Below, one piece after another: positions 62,959 to 64,000 of a stretch of 64,000 bases of DNA. Each line of letters opens with the position of its first letter. The first letter of the stretch is position 1. The position numbers were made by a program, and so were the translations under genes. Where the stretch lies: assembly GCA_020137815.1 (NCBI GenBank), contig CM035362.1, forward strand, positions 2,542,001-2,606,000, in the 5' to 3' direction. The DNA comes from Hormiphora californensis (lineage: Eukaryota > Animalia > Ctenophora). The notes below the pieces were generated by a model. That model was not told the origin of the DNA. It did not search any database and saw only the letters and a list, made by a program, of their open reading frames with translations.

Positions 62959-63899
62959 TAGTAGGGTCGGTTGTGGGAAGTTGAGTCTGGAATTTTAAAT
63001 TTGACTTGCTGATATGATTAGGGACTCTATAAAAAGTCCAAAGTACCATCCCACGGGTCGCTACCACCCCCGGTTCACTAATTAGTCGTAATTATGTGAT
63101 TTATGACGTTATCGCCAATTAGCACCAATAATACCAGTTCCTGGTCACTTAGAGCTTAGATTTTGATACCAGCTGATAGAGGATCACTAGATTAGTGGGC
63201 ATTCAAAATTTTAGGTCGATCGGAGTTATGGTCGAGGAGTTATAACCGTTTTTCCGTTTGGCTGGCGGTTGGCTGGCACCACGTGGGATTACGGGTTTAG
63301 GTCGTCGTGGGAGGTCGTCATTGGTCGCGTTCGATCGGGCTCGATGAGGTGATCAAAACCTAGTGGGGCCAGACCTTGGCCCCACCCCGTTCTTGGGTTA
63401 TTGGGCTTTTTCGGTTTCCCGCCAAAATATTTTCCCGCCAAAACCGAAAAAGCCTAATAACCCAAGAACGGGGTGGGGCCAAGGTCTGGCCCCACTAGGT
63501 TTTGATCACCTCATCGAGCCCGATCGAACGCGACCAATGACGACCTCCTACGACGACCTAAACCCGTAATCCCACGTGGTGCCAGCCAACCGCCAGCCAA
63601 ACGGAAAAACGGTTATAACTCCTCAACCATAACTCGGATTGACCTCAAAATTTGAATGCCCACTAATCTAGTGATCCTCTATCAGCTGGTATCAAAATCT
63701 AAGCTCTAAGTGACCAGGAACTGGTATTATTAGTGCTAATTGGCGATAACGTCATAAATCACATAATTACGACTAATTAGTGAACCGGGGGTGGTAGAGA
63801 CCTGTGGGATGGTACTTTGGACTTTTTATAGAGTCCCTAATCATATCAGCAAGTCAAATTTAAAATTTCAGACCCAACTTCCCACAACCGACCCTACTA
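62959..63899. mobile_element. Academ-like foldback MITE
   Basis: TAGTAGGGTCGGTTGTGGGAAG...CTTCCCACAACCGACCCTACTA; near-perfect 941-bp palindrome; 3-bp TSD TCA. Confidence 0.8.
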
Positions 63900-64000
63900 T
63901 CACTACTACTTATCCCTGCCTGGTTAGTGGTTGTGACACCTACCAGTTATCTTGGTTTCTCTTGCACAATGCACCACCACTACTACTTATCCACACCTGG

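Overview
Eukaryotic (animal) genomic DNA with compact, intron-rich genes. It is probably a cydippid ctenophore (Pleurobrachia/Hormiphora type); this is an inference from a recurrent 109-bp repeat family I recall from Pleurobrachia gene models and from the nested genes. Genes built by hand from GT-AG exons: NOP53 (+), muskelin MKLN1 (+), a papain/cathepsin-L protease with three C-terminal ShKT domains nested antisense in a muskelin intron (-), an SLC25A42-like carrier (+), EFHC2 (-) with an intronless, frameshifted PIM-like kinase nested in one intron (+), an ARM-like single-exon ORF (-), the start of an unknown gene (-), a CDK5 activator p35-like gene (+), a CBM14-GH18 chitinase (+) and the 3' part of a polypeptide GalNAc transferase (-). 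Non-coding DNA holds many non-autonomous DNA transposons with readable TSDs (Merlin-, hAT-, Kolobok-, Academ- and Tc1-like), two of them nested in their own family, plus a Helentron-like element. The most unusual signals are a TSD-flanked insertion of tandem and inverted copies of a highly self-complementary 419-nt unit (retrozyme/Penelope-like, no canonical ribozyme found), tandem arrays that amplify exon ends together with their splice sites, and the cathepsin-ShKT fusion. About 33.9-36.2 kb and 37.7-38.05 kb look like low-quality or artefactual sequence.
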